Below are positions 19,253-27,472 of a stretch of DNA of 64,000 nt, piece after piece (the stretch's first letter is position 1; each line of letters begins with the position of its first letter). The stretch lies in the NCBI RefSeq assembly GCF_022763305.1, contig NZ_JALEGT010000093.1, positions 461 to 64,460 on the forward strand, given 5' to 3'. Position numbers and translations under genes: made by a program. This DNA comes from Marivita sp. (GTDB lineage Bacteria; Pseudomonadota; Alphaproteobacteria; Rhodobacterales; Rhodobacteraceae). Under the pieces are notes generated by a model. It ran no database searches, had not been told where the DNA came from, and worked only from the letters and a program-made list of their open reading frames with translations.

Positions 19253-20395
19253 TCAGTTCGTCATTGCATGCAGCAGCCGGTCGAGCATGGCGTCGCAGGC
19301 CTGCAACTCCGACTGCAACAGGTATTCATCCGCCTTGTGCCCCTGCCCGCTCATCGAACCCGGACCACAGACCACGGTCGGGATGCCCAGCGCGTCGAAG
19401 AACCCCGCTTCGGTGCCGAAGGCAACCTTGGTGGTGCCGTTCCCGGCAAGGCGTTGGACCTCTGCCACCACCGGCGCGTCTTGTGGGGTATCAAGACCCG
19501 GATAGGACCACAGCCGATCCACTACGATCCCGGCACCCGGGCCATAGGCCATGGCGACGCGTGTGGCCGCGTCTGTGATCTGTTGCTCCAGCTTATCCGG
19601 ATCGTCCTGAGCCAAGTGCCTGATTTCAAATGTCATCTCGGCATGGTCCGGCACGATGTTGAGCGCCCTCCCACCGGACAGAAGACCCACATGGACGGTG
19701 CTGTAGGGCACGTCAAAGGCCGCATCCTGAGCGCCGTTCCGGGCGAGGTTGGTCTGCATGTCCTGCAGCGCCTTCACGAAATCCGCCGCCACGTTCAGCG
19801 CGTTGACGAAATTCGGGGCCATGGCCGAATGGCCGGCCTCGCCTCGGAGAGTGGCGCGGTAGGACCGTTTGCCCTTGTGGCCGATGGCGACGCGCATGTC
19901 GGTCGGCTCTCCGACAATCGCGAGGCGTGGTGCGCCGATCAGAGGTGTCAGGCGGTCGAGCATGCGCGCGATGCCCAGACAGCCCACTTCCTCGTCATAG
20001 GACAGAACCAGTTTCAGCGGCTCGCTCAGCGCAAGATGGCTTGCCGCATCGGCCGCGCGGAGCATGGCAGCGACAAAGCCCTTCATGTCTGTGGTGCCGC
20101 GTCCGTAAAGACGGCCATCCGCCTGGGTCAGAGCAAAGGGATCGCGGGTCCAATCCTGCCCTTCGACCGGCACAACGTCGGTATGGGCTGACAGCAGCAC
20201 GCCCCCGGTGCCCTCGGGACCAATCTCGGCATAGAGCCCGGCTTTGGGCGCGTCCGGATCGTCGATGCGCTTGACGCGGAAGCCACGCTGGGTCAGGTGG
20301 TCCTCGACATGGTCGATCAGCGCAAGGTTCGATTTGGCGCTGACCGTGTCGAAGGCGATCAGCCGCGCGAGGATGTCTTCGGTCCGGGTGGTCAT
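19253..20395 (-). CDS. M20-family deacylase (acetylornithine deacetylase ArgE-like)
   Basis: Internal ATG (MTTRTEDILARLIAFDTVS) in ATGA overlap with the upstream gene. Motifs SAHTDVVP, GRGTTDMKG, YDEEVG. Confidence 0.85.
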   Translation of the reverse strand: MTTRTEDILARLIAFDTVSAKSNLALIDHVEDHLTQRGFRVKRIDDPDAPKAGLYAEIGPEGTGGVLLSAHTDVVPVEGQDWTRDPFALTQADGRLYGRGTTDMKGFVAAMLRAADAASHLALSEPLKLVLSYDEEVGCLGIARMLDRLTPLIGAPRLAIVGEPTDMRVAIGHKGKRSYRATLRGEAGHSAMAPNFVNALNVAADFVKALQDMQTNLARNGAQDAAFDVPYSTVHVGLLSGGRALNIVPDHAEMTFEIRHLAQDDPDKLEQQITDAATRVAMAYGPGAGIVVDRLWSYPGLDTPQDAPVVAEVQRLAGNGTTKVAFGTEAGFFDALGIPTVVCGPGSMSGQGHKADEYLLQSELQACDAMLDRLLHAMTN

Positions 20396-21726
20396 TGCAG
20401 CGTGTCCAGAACGGACATGACATGATCCGCGTCTGTCTGCGGATTGACGATGCAGAGGCGGAACACCATCTCGCCACGCCAGCGGGTGGGCAGGCAGAGC
20501 AACGCGCCGGAGCGGCGGTGTTCTTCGGCCCAGCGGATCATCTCGTCCTCCGTCTTGCCCTTGGGCCGGAACAGGATCACCGTCAGGTTCGGTCCGAGCA
20601 ACAGGTCGAGCCATCGCGCGGCAGCGATCCGATCCGCAAGGTCTTCGGCAATCGCGCGGGTGTGGGCAATCGCCTGCGCATAGGCCTTGGTGCCATGCGT
20701 CACCAGCGAATACCACAGCGGCAGCCCCCGTGCCCGGCGCGTCAGGTGAAGCGCGTAATCGGAGGGATTCCATTCGCTCTTGTCGACCGTGTCAAGATAG
20801 ACCGCACGCTGCCCATGTGCGGCAGCCCCATGGGCCGCATCCCGGTAGAGCAAGGCGCAACTGTCATAGGGGGCAAAGACCCATTTGTGCGGGTCGATGA
20901 TCAATGAGTGCGCCCGCTCGATCCCGTCAAACGCCGGGCGCATCGCCGGATCGGCCATTGCGGCCCCGCCATAGGCCCCATCGACATGCACCCAGACGCC
21001 CTTTGCTTCGGCCAGGTCGGTCAGCCCGGCAATGTCATCCACCGCCCCGCAATTGGTGGCCCCGCCATTGGCCACAAAGGCAAAGGTTTCAGGCGTCACA
21101 TGCGCGGCGGCGGCTGTGGCTGTCATCCGACCTGACGGGTCCGAGGGGACGACGATCAAATCCGCATCCATCACGCGCGCAACGGCGGCAATCGAGGAAT
21201 GCGCCTCGGACGAACAGAGGATCGCACCGCGCCCGTTCGTGTCAGTGCGCCCCCGGTGCCAGTGCCGGGCGGCGTGCAGGGCGGAAAGGTTGCCCAAAGT
21301 TCCGCCTGCCACAAAGACACCGCCTGCAGATGACGGCCAGCCCGCCAGATCGGAGAGCCAGCGCAGCGCCTGATTTTCGGCATGGATCGCCCCTGCCCCG
21401 CCATCCCAGTTGCCGGCAAAGATGCCCGCCGCGCCCAAGGCCGCGTCGAAACTCAGCGCAGCGCGCGTGGGCGCTGCGGCGACGAAGGACAGAGATGTCG
21501 GATGGCCGAACGGGCGCGTCGCGGGTTGTATGACGTCAGTGAAAAGCGCAAACGCCGCTTCGGCGCCAAGACCGTCGGGCGTGATCGCACCGCCCATCTC
21601 GGCCTCCAACGCGACAGCGGGTCGGGCCCCGTTCCTTGGGTCGGGACCAGCGGCGACATGGCCTTCGACCCAATCCAGTATGCGGCGCGTGTCGTCTTGC
21701 GCGAAGGGAAAGGGATCGTGGCTCAA
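20392..21726 (-). CDS. pyridoxal-dependent (group II) amino-acid decarboxylase
   Basis: HVDGAYGG and the PLP-lysine motif DPHKW. 444 aa. Confidence 0.85.
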   Translation of the reverse strand: MSHDPFPFAQDDTRRILDWVEGHVAAGPDPRNGARPAVALEAEMGGAITPDGLGAEAAFALFTDVIQPATRPFGHPTSLSFVAAAPTRAALSFDAALGAAGIFAGNWDGGAGAIHAENQALRWLSDLAGWPSSAGGVFVAGGTLGNLSALHAARHWHRGRTDTNGRGAILCSSEAHSSIAAVARVMDADLIVVPSDPSGRMTATAAAAHVTPETFAFVANGGATNCGAVDDIAGLTDLAEAKGVWVHVDGAYGGAAMADPAMRPAFDGIERAHSLIIDPHKWVFAPYDSCALLYRDAAHGAAAHGQRAVYLDTVDKSEWNPSDYALHLTRRARGLPLWYSLVTHGTKAYAQAIAHTRAIAEDLADRIAAARWLDLLLGPNLTVILFRPKGKTEDEMIRWAEEHRRSGALLCLPTRWRGEMVFRLCIVNPQTDADHVMSVLDTLQ

Positions 21727-23804
21727 TCGACTGCGAGCTCCGTGATCTCGCGACGGAAGGGCAGCGCATCGCCAATATCCTCACCATCGAGTTCGCGCGC
21801 GTAGCGATGGCCTGCATAGGTCGCCCAGGCAATCGGCCCCGGCGCTTCGGCATCGCCGATGATCCGCACCGAGTTGATCCCCGCATCCGCCCAATCCGCC
21901 TCGCGCGCCTTGAGGTCATGGTAAAGCTGGTTGTTCTCCAACTTCGACGCCACCACCACAACCGCGTCGCAGTCGATCTGGCGGGTCTGATCGGTATAGG
22001 TGCAGTTCGACACGACATGGCCCGCTCCAATCTCGGTCACACCGCGATTGAGAACGATCTCGACGCCCATCTCGGCCAGTCGGCGGTGGATCGTGTGCTG
22101 TTCCAGCGTGTTCACCGTCCAATCCGAAAGATAAGCCGATGGCGTGACGATCGTCACCGCGCAGCCCGCGTTGCGCAGCAGTTCCGCCAGCACGCCGCCC
22201 ATGTAGTAGTGATCGTCGTCATAGATCACCACATGGCCCGAGGGGCGCTGGCCGTCCATGATGTCATCGGGCGTGAACACCGGCATTGCAGCATCCATCG
22301 GGAACGGCACCACATGCTGACGGCTCACCCCGTCCCTGCGCCATGTGGCCCCGGTGGCGATGCAGATGTTCTGGAAGCCGAATTCCAGGATTGCCTCGGC
22401 ATCCAGAGCACTGTCGAAATAGGTCTCCACATTGGGTTTCTGGCTGATCTGATAAGTGCGGTAATCTGCAACCCGCCCCCAGGCCGACAGGCCCGGCAAC
22501 AGCCGTTCCCGCGCGACGCGCCCACCCAGCACACGGCCGGCCTCGGCCAGTGCCACGTCATAGCCGCGTTCGGCCAAGGCCCGCGTCGCCTCCAACCCCG
22601 CCGGACCAGCGCCCACGACCAGTACGTTTTCGCTGCGGCCCTTGGGATTCATGCGTTCCGGGTGCCAGCCCTTGCGCCATTCCTCCATGAAGGTGGGGTT
22701 CTGCGTGCAGCGGCTGATCGACATGGTCATGTCACCGGTGATGCAGATGTTGCAGCCGATACACTCGCGGATGTCCTCGATCCGGCCTTCCTCGATCTTC
22801 CTGGGCAGGAAGGGATCGGCGATCGACGGGCGGGCGCAGCCGATGGCGTCGAGCACGCCACTGCGCACCATTCTGGCCATCACGTCGGGCGAGGTGAACC
22901 TTCCCACTCCAACGACAGGTTTCGACGACAGCTCGCGGATGCCACGCACCAGCGCCTCTTGTGCGCCCTCTTCCTTGAAGCGGGACGGGCCGGAGCAGTC
23001 TTCCCACGTGCCATGCGCCAAATCCCAGAGGTCCGGCAGGTCCTTGTTCATGTCGATGAACTCGCGCACCTCGGCATTGGAAAAGCCCAGATCACCGATG
23101 CTCTCGTCCAGCGAGACCCGCAGGGTGAGGCCCATGCTGTCCCCCACCGCGTCGCGCATGTCGGAAATCACCTCGCGCGCGAACCGGGACCGGTTTTCCA
23201 GGCTGCCGCCATATTCGTCATCACGCATGTTGGTGGCGCGGCTGAGGAAGTGCTGGAAGATGCCGAACCCATGCGCGCCGTAGAGGCAGATCAGGTCGAA
23301 GCCCGCGATCCTGGCGCGCTTGGCCGCGTTCACGAACCAGCGGCGCAGATCCTTGATCTCGTCCTTCGACAGGGCGCGCGCCTGAACGGGGTCATTGGTG
23401 AAGGTGCGGATCGGTCCCGCCGAGACCGCCAGCGGCACCTCCTTGGTGTACATGTTCGGCCCGTTGATGCCGGAATAGGCCAGTTGGATGCCCGCCAGCG
23501 CGCCATGCTCCTTCATCTTGCCCGCCATCTTGGCGAGCATGGGAATGTCCTTGTCCTCCCACAGGCGCAGTTCGATGAACGGCGTGATCTCAGACGTGTG
23601 GTGCATCTCGCATTGTTCGGTAAAGATCACCCCCCAGCCACCTTCGGACTTGATCCCGCGCATGGCCGCCGCCGCGGACGGGTCGCGATAGCCGCCGCCG
23701 TTGCAATGCGGCACCTGGTAAAAGCGGTTCTTGGCGGTGACCGGACCGATGGTCAGCGGGTCGAATAGCACGTCATACCGGGGATCGCGTCCGTCGAGCA
23801 TCAA
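21723..23804 (-). CDS. trimethylamine/dimethylamine/histamine dehydrogenase-family flavoprotein (OYE-like FMN + 4Fe-4S + ADP-binding domains)
   Basis: NRFYQVPHCNGGG includes the Cys that carries 6-S-cysteinyl-FMN in TMADH. Cluster motif is CIGCNICITGD...RC, and a later GAGPAGLE dinucleotide fold is present. 693 aa. Confidence 0.88.
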   Translation of the reverse strand: MMLDGRDPRYDVLFDPLTIGPVTAKNRFYQVPHCNGGGYRDPSAAAAMRGIKSEGGWGVIFTEQCEMHHTSEITPFIELRLWEDKDIPMLAKMAGKMKEHGALAGIQLAYSGINGPNMYTKEVPLAVSAGPIRTFTNDPVQARALSKDEIKDLRRWFVNAAKRARIAGFDLICLYGAHGFGIFQHFLSRATNMRDDEYGGSLENRSRFAREVISDMRDAVGDSMGLTLRVSLDESIGDLGFSNAEVREFIDMNKDLPDLWDLAHGTWEDCSGPSRFKEEGAQEALVRGIRELSSKPVVGVGRFTSPDVMARMVRSGVLDAIGCARPSIADPFLPRKIEEGRIEDIRECIGCNICITGDMTMSISRCTQNPTFMEEWRKGWHPERMNPKGRSENVLVVGAGPAGLEATRALAERGYDVALAEAGRVLGGRVARERLLPGLSAWGRVADYRTYQISQKPNVETYFDSALDAEAILEFGFQNICIATGATWRRDGVSRQHVVPFPMDAAMPVFTPDDIMDGQRPSGHVVIYDDDHYYMGGVLAELLRNAGCAVTIVTPSAYLSDWTVNTLEQHTIHRRLAEMGVEIVLNRGVTEIGAGHVVSNCTYTDQTRQIDCDAVVVVASKLENNQLYHDLKAREADWADAGINSVRIIGDAEAPGPIAWATYAGHRYARELDGEDIGDALPFRREITELAVD

Positions 23805-23825
23805 GCCTCTCCTGTCGGGTTTCGG

Positions 23826-23841
23826 ACAGATTACAATCTGT
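23826..23841. promoter_or_regulatory. perfect inverted repeat ACAGAT-TACA-ATCTGT upstream of the amine dehydrogenase gene (candidate operator)
   Basis: Read directly. Its near edge lies 22 nt upstream of the 23804 start codon, in the 89-bp gap after the LysR gene. Confidence 0.35.
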
Positions 23842-23893
23842 GCTGCAGTGCAAAAGTCTTGGCCACGGAAGCGTTGCTTAGGCTGTCGCTAAG

Positions 23894-24829
23894 TCAGACC
23901 AACGGCTCTCCGCCAATTCGGTCCAACCGCCCGGAGCGGACAAGCGACGCAGCGTATTCGATGAACGCCCGCACCGCGTTCGACCGGTTCGCATCCTGCG
24001 CTGTCAACAGGCCCATGCGCAAGGCCCGCACCTTGCCGCCGATGGGGATCACCCGCACAGGGTTGCCATCGGGCGAGGTGTCGCTCAGAGGGCGGACATT
24101 GGCTATGGAATAACCGAAATCATTGCCCACCATCGACCGCATCACCGCCATGTCGCGGGTCCGTTCGGCGATCACCGGCTTGCCGCCCGCCTGATCGAAC
24201 AGCGACAGGAAGTAATCCGCGCTCAGCGGCAGGTCGAGCAACACCATGGGATGCGCGCTGAGGTCTTCGACCGTCACGACATCGCGCTCCGCCAGCGGGT
24301 GTGCGATCCCCATGAGCGCGATGGGTGGAAGGCGCACCAGTGCGGTGAATTGCAAATCGGCAGGCACATCAAGGTCATAGGTCAGCGCCACGTCGATCTC
24401 GGACCGGCGCAAGGCACTGAACAACTCCACCTGGTTCAGTTCATGCTGACGCAGCCGCACTTCGGGGAATTCGGCTTCGAACCCCCGGCGCAGGGTCGGC
24501 AGGACAAGCTGCGCAAAGGTCAACAGGCAGCCAATGCTGAGCGGCCCCCGGACGGAGCCGGAAATGTCGCCCGCGATGTCCATCATCGCGCCCGCTTCGC
24601 GTAGCACGATCTTCGCCTGCTCCAGCATCTGCCGCCCGGCCTGTGTCAGCGACAGGCCCTGCGCGTGCTGCCGCACAAACAGGGGCAGGCCGAATTCCGC
24701 CTCAAGCTGCGAGATGGCCGAGGAGATGGACGGCGAGGACACGTTGATCCGCTCGGACGCACGCGCAATGCTTCCGGTTTCGCCGACGGCGACGAAATAC
24801 TCCAATTGCCGCAACGTGTAGCGCAGCAT
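23894..24829 (-). CDS. LysR family transcriptional regulator
   Basis: Internal ATG. MLRYTLRQLEYFVAVGETGSIARASERINVSSPSISSAISQLE is the LysR HTH. Confidence 0.9.
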   Translation of the reverse strand: MLRYTLRQLEYFVAVGETGSIARASERINVSSPSISSAISQLEAEFGLPLFVRQHAQGLSLTQAGRQMLEQAKIVLREAGAMMDIAGDISGSVRGPLSIGCLLTFAQLVLPTLRRGFEAEFPEVRLRQHELNQVELFSALRRSEIDVALTYDLDVPADLQFTALVRLPPIALMGIAHPLAERDVVTVEDLSAHPMVLLDLPLSADYFLSLFDQAGGKPVIAERTRDMAVMRSMVGNDFGYSIANVRPLSDTSPDGNPVRVIPIGGKVRALRMGLLTAQDANRSNAVRAFIEYAASLVRSGRLDRIGGEPLV

Positions 24830-24910
24830 CCATGCCCCCTGACCAAGCGGTTCCTTCAAACCTTGGACGGGTTGCCCAGTGTCTTCAAGGCTGTCTGATG
24901 CCAAAGCGCG

Positions 24911-25585
24911 TCATTCGTCGCCCGGCACACCGTAGGACGGCGCCTGCGTCGGATCGAGCGCGCGCTGCACATAGGCCTCAAGCTGCGGTTTGTAGACCTC
25001 CCACGCGGTGGCCACCGCTTCGATCGGGCAATCCTCGGTCCAGTCGCAGCGCAGGTCGGCTACGGGCCAGTTCACTTTGTCGACCAGCATCATACCTGCG
25101 GAATGCACCGGCCCGGCCTCGCCGCCAGCCGCCAGCCCCGCACGCAAGGCGGCAATGAGCCTGTCGCCCAGATGACCCTGCGCCGCCTCAAAGGCCGCAA
25201 CGATGTCCCCTGGCACGCCGTCATTGGCCAGAAGATTGCCGCCCGAGGCGACATTCACCCCTTCGGCCTGTGTCCAGATCCCCAGCGATTTCGGCCCCGA
25301 ATGGATCGCCGTCCGTCCCTGCCGGTCAATTGCCAGCACCTGACGGTAGGCGATGTGCCATCCCTGATCACGCACGCCCGCAATCGCCTCAGACGCCGAC
25401 ATGCCGCCCTGCATGAGGTCGAGCGCAAACGGCCCAAGCGTCGGGTCGGTCACGTTCTGGCTCGCCACCGCACCGACACCTGCCCGCGCGTAGGAACACC
25501 GCGCCGCAACTGCCGGGGATGACGAGGAAATCGCCACGCCGAACATCCCCGTGTCGGCGCATCGGGCTACCAGTGAGAACGTCAT
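24911..25585 (-). CDS. DUF1028 family protein (Ntn-hydrolase-like)
   Basis: Internal ATG (MTFSLVARCADTGMFGVAISSSSPAVAARC) in ATGA overlap with the RidA gene. The MTFS...C..TG N-terminus is typical of DUF1028. Confidence 0.75.
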   Translation of the reverse strand: MTFSLVARCADTGMFGVAISSSSPAVAARCSYARAGVGAVASQNVTDPTLGPFALDLMQGGMSASEAIAGVRDQGWHIAYRQVLAIDRQGRTAIHSGPKSLGIWTQAEGVNVASGGNLLANDGVPGDIVAAFEAAQGHLGDRLIAALRAGLAAGGEAGPVHSAGMMLVDKVNWPVADLRCDWTEDCPIEAVATAWEVYKPQLEAYVQRALDPTQAPSYGVPGDE

Positions 25586-26010
25586 CGCTGATACCCGTCC
25601 GGGATCACGGCGGTGCCGTCGATCTCGACCAGCCATTCCGGCCGCGCAAGTGCGCTGACGACAAGGCCCGTGGACACGGGATGCACGCCTTTGATGTACT
25701 CGCCCATCGTGCGATAGACCGCCTCGCGGTGGCGCACATCGGTGATGTAGACCACCACCTTGACCAGATGCGCCATCTCGCCTCCGGCCTCTTCGATCAA
25801 CTGACGGATGTTCTGCATCACCTTGTGGGTCTGTTCGACCGGGTCATGGCTGTCGATGTTCCTGGCATCATCAAGGTTCTGCGGGCACTGCCCCCGCAGC
25901 CAGACGATCCGCCCACCTTGGGTGACGACCGCCTGACAAAGGTCGTTGTCGAGGTTCTGTTCGGGATATGTGTCGGACGTGTTGAAGGTACGGATGCGGG
26001 TATGGGCCAT
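25582..26010 (-). CDS. RidA/YjgF family protein
   Basis: Internal ATG (MAHTRIRTF). ...HLVKVVVYITDVRHREAVY...LARPEWLVEIDGTAV is a RidA-like C-terminal pattern. Confidence 0.78.
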   Translation of the reverse strand: MAHTRIRTFNTSDTYPEQNLDNDLCQAVVTQGGRIVWLRGQCPQNLDDARNIDSHDPVEQTHKVMQNIRQLIEEAGGEMAHLVKVVVYITDVRHREAVYRTMGEYIKGVHPVSTGLVVSALARPEWLVEIDGTAVIPDGYQR

Positions 26011-26204
26011 GCCGGGTGTCCTCTTGGAGCTTGAGGATCGGTCTACCCTTTCGGCGTCGAAGGGCGGAACGACCCTTTCCCTCATCTGTGGTTAGCCCAA
26101 GCCTAAGTTTGATTAGCGTGAACCCAAGCAAGGCTTTCGGAATCCGTTGTGTGCCCCGCGCCGGACCGCTGCCTATGCTCGGCCCCATCGTCAAGGAGGC
26201 ACCC

Positions 26205-27467
26205 ATGGAAGAAATCGATACGGTTGTTGTCGGCGCAGGACAGGCCGGGGTCGCGATGAGCGAACACCTGACCCACCTCGACATTCCCCATGTGGTTCTC
26301 GAACGCGCCCGGATCGCCGAACGCTGGCGGACCGAACGCTGGGATTCGCTTGTCGCAAATGGCCCCGCCTGGCATGATCGCTTTCCGAACATGGCCTTTG
26401 GGTGTGACGACGATGCCTTCCCCGACAAGGAAAGCGTGGCCGCCTATTTCGAAGCCTACGCCAAGCGGTTCAACGCGCCGATCCGCACCGGCGTCGATGT
26501 GACGGCGGTGACGCCCAAGGATGGTGGCTTCGTGGTCCAGACATCCAAAGGCACGATCCGCGCACGGCATGTGGTGGCCGCGACAGGCCCCTTCCAGAAA
26601 CCGGCGATCCCGCCGGTGGTGCCCGCCGACGCGGGGCCGCTGCAACTTCATTCCAACGCCTATCGCAACCCCGCACAGCTTCCCCAAGGGGCGGTGCTGG
26701 TCGTGGGCGGTGGCTCGTCCGGGGTGCAGATTGCCGAAGAGCTGATGGAGGCGGGACGCGAGGTCTACCTCTCCATAGGTCCCCATGACCGCCCGCCCCG
26801 CCGCTACCGGGGGCGCGACAATGTCTGGTGGCTGGGGGTCCTGGGCAAGTGGAACGCCGACAGCCCCGGCCCCGGAACCGAGCATGTGACCATTGCCGTC
26901 AGCGGCGCGCATGGCGGCAAGACCATCGATTTCCGCGCGCTGGCGCATCGGGGCATGACGCTTATGGGGATGACCGAGGGGTACAGCGACGGCGTGGTGC
27001 GATTTGCCGACGATCTGAAAACCAACCTTCAGGCCGGGGACGCGAATTACCTGTCGGTGCTGGACGAGGCGGACGCCTATATCGCCAAGCACGGGCTCGA
27101 TCTGCCGCTTGAACCCGAAGCGCGGACCATCCCGGACGATCCCACCTGCGTGACCGATCCGATCCGCGAGATCGATCTGGCCGAGGCGGGGATCGGCACA
27201 ATCCTCTGGGCCACCGGCTATCAGTTCGATTTCGGCTGGATCAAGGCCGACACGTTCGACGACAAGGGCCGTCCCCTGCATCAGCGCGGTGTGTCCCGCG
27301 AACCGGGGCTCTATTTCGTCGGCCTGCCCTGGCAGACGCGGCGCGGCTCGTCCTTCATCTGGGGGGTCTGGCACGACGCCAAGTTCATCGCCGACCAGAT
27401 CGCTATCCAGCGCGGCTACATGGCCTATCAGGGCTGCGCCGCGATCCGGGTGCCCGAGGACGCCTGA
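26205..27467 (+). CDS. NAD(P)/FAD-dependent oxidoreductase (flavin-containing monooxygenase-like)
   Basis: ATG preceded by an AAGGAGG RBS. Two dinucleotide folds: VVGAGQAG and VVGGGSSG. Confidence 0.85.
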   Translation: MEEIDTVVVGAGQAGVAMSEHLTHLDIPHVVLERARIAERWRTERWDSLVANGPAWHDRFPNMAFGCDDDAFPDKESVAAYFEAYAKRFNAPIRTGVDVTAVTPKDGGFVVQTSKGTIRARHVVAATGPFQKPAIPPVVPADAGPLQLHSNAYRNPAQLPQGAVLVVGGGSSGVQIAEELMEAGREVYLSIGPHDRPPRRYRGRDNVWWLGVLGKWNADSPGPGTEHVTIAVSGAHGGKTIDFRALAHRGMTLMGMTEGYSDGVVRFADDLKTNLQAGDANYLSVLDEADAYIAKHGLDLPLEPEARTIPDDPTCVTDPIREIDLAEAGIGTILWATGYQFDFGWIKADTFDDKGRPLHQRGVSREPGLYFVGLPWQTRRGSSFIWGVWHDAKFIADQIAIQRGYMAYQGCAAIRVPEDA

Positions 27468-27472
27468 CCGCG

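Noticed and set aside
21636-23768. 710-aa plus-strand ORF
   Set aside because: It is antisense to the TMADH-family gene, which has clear motifs. The translation is Arg/Gly/His/Ala-rich with no recognisable domain. This is a typical high-GC shadow ORF.
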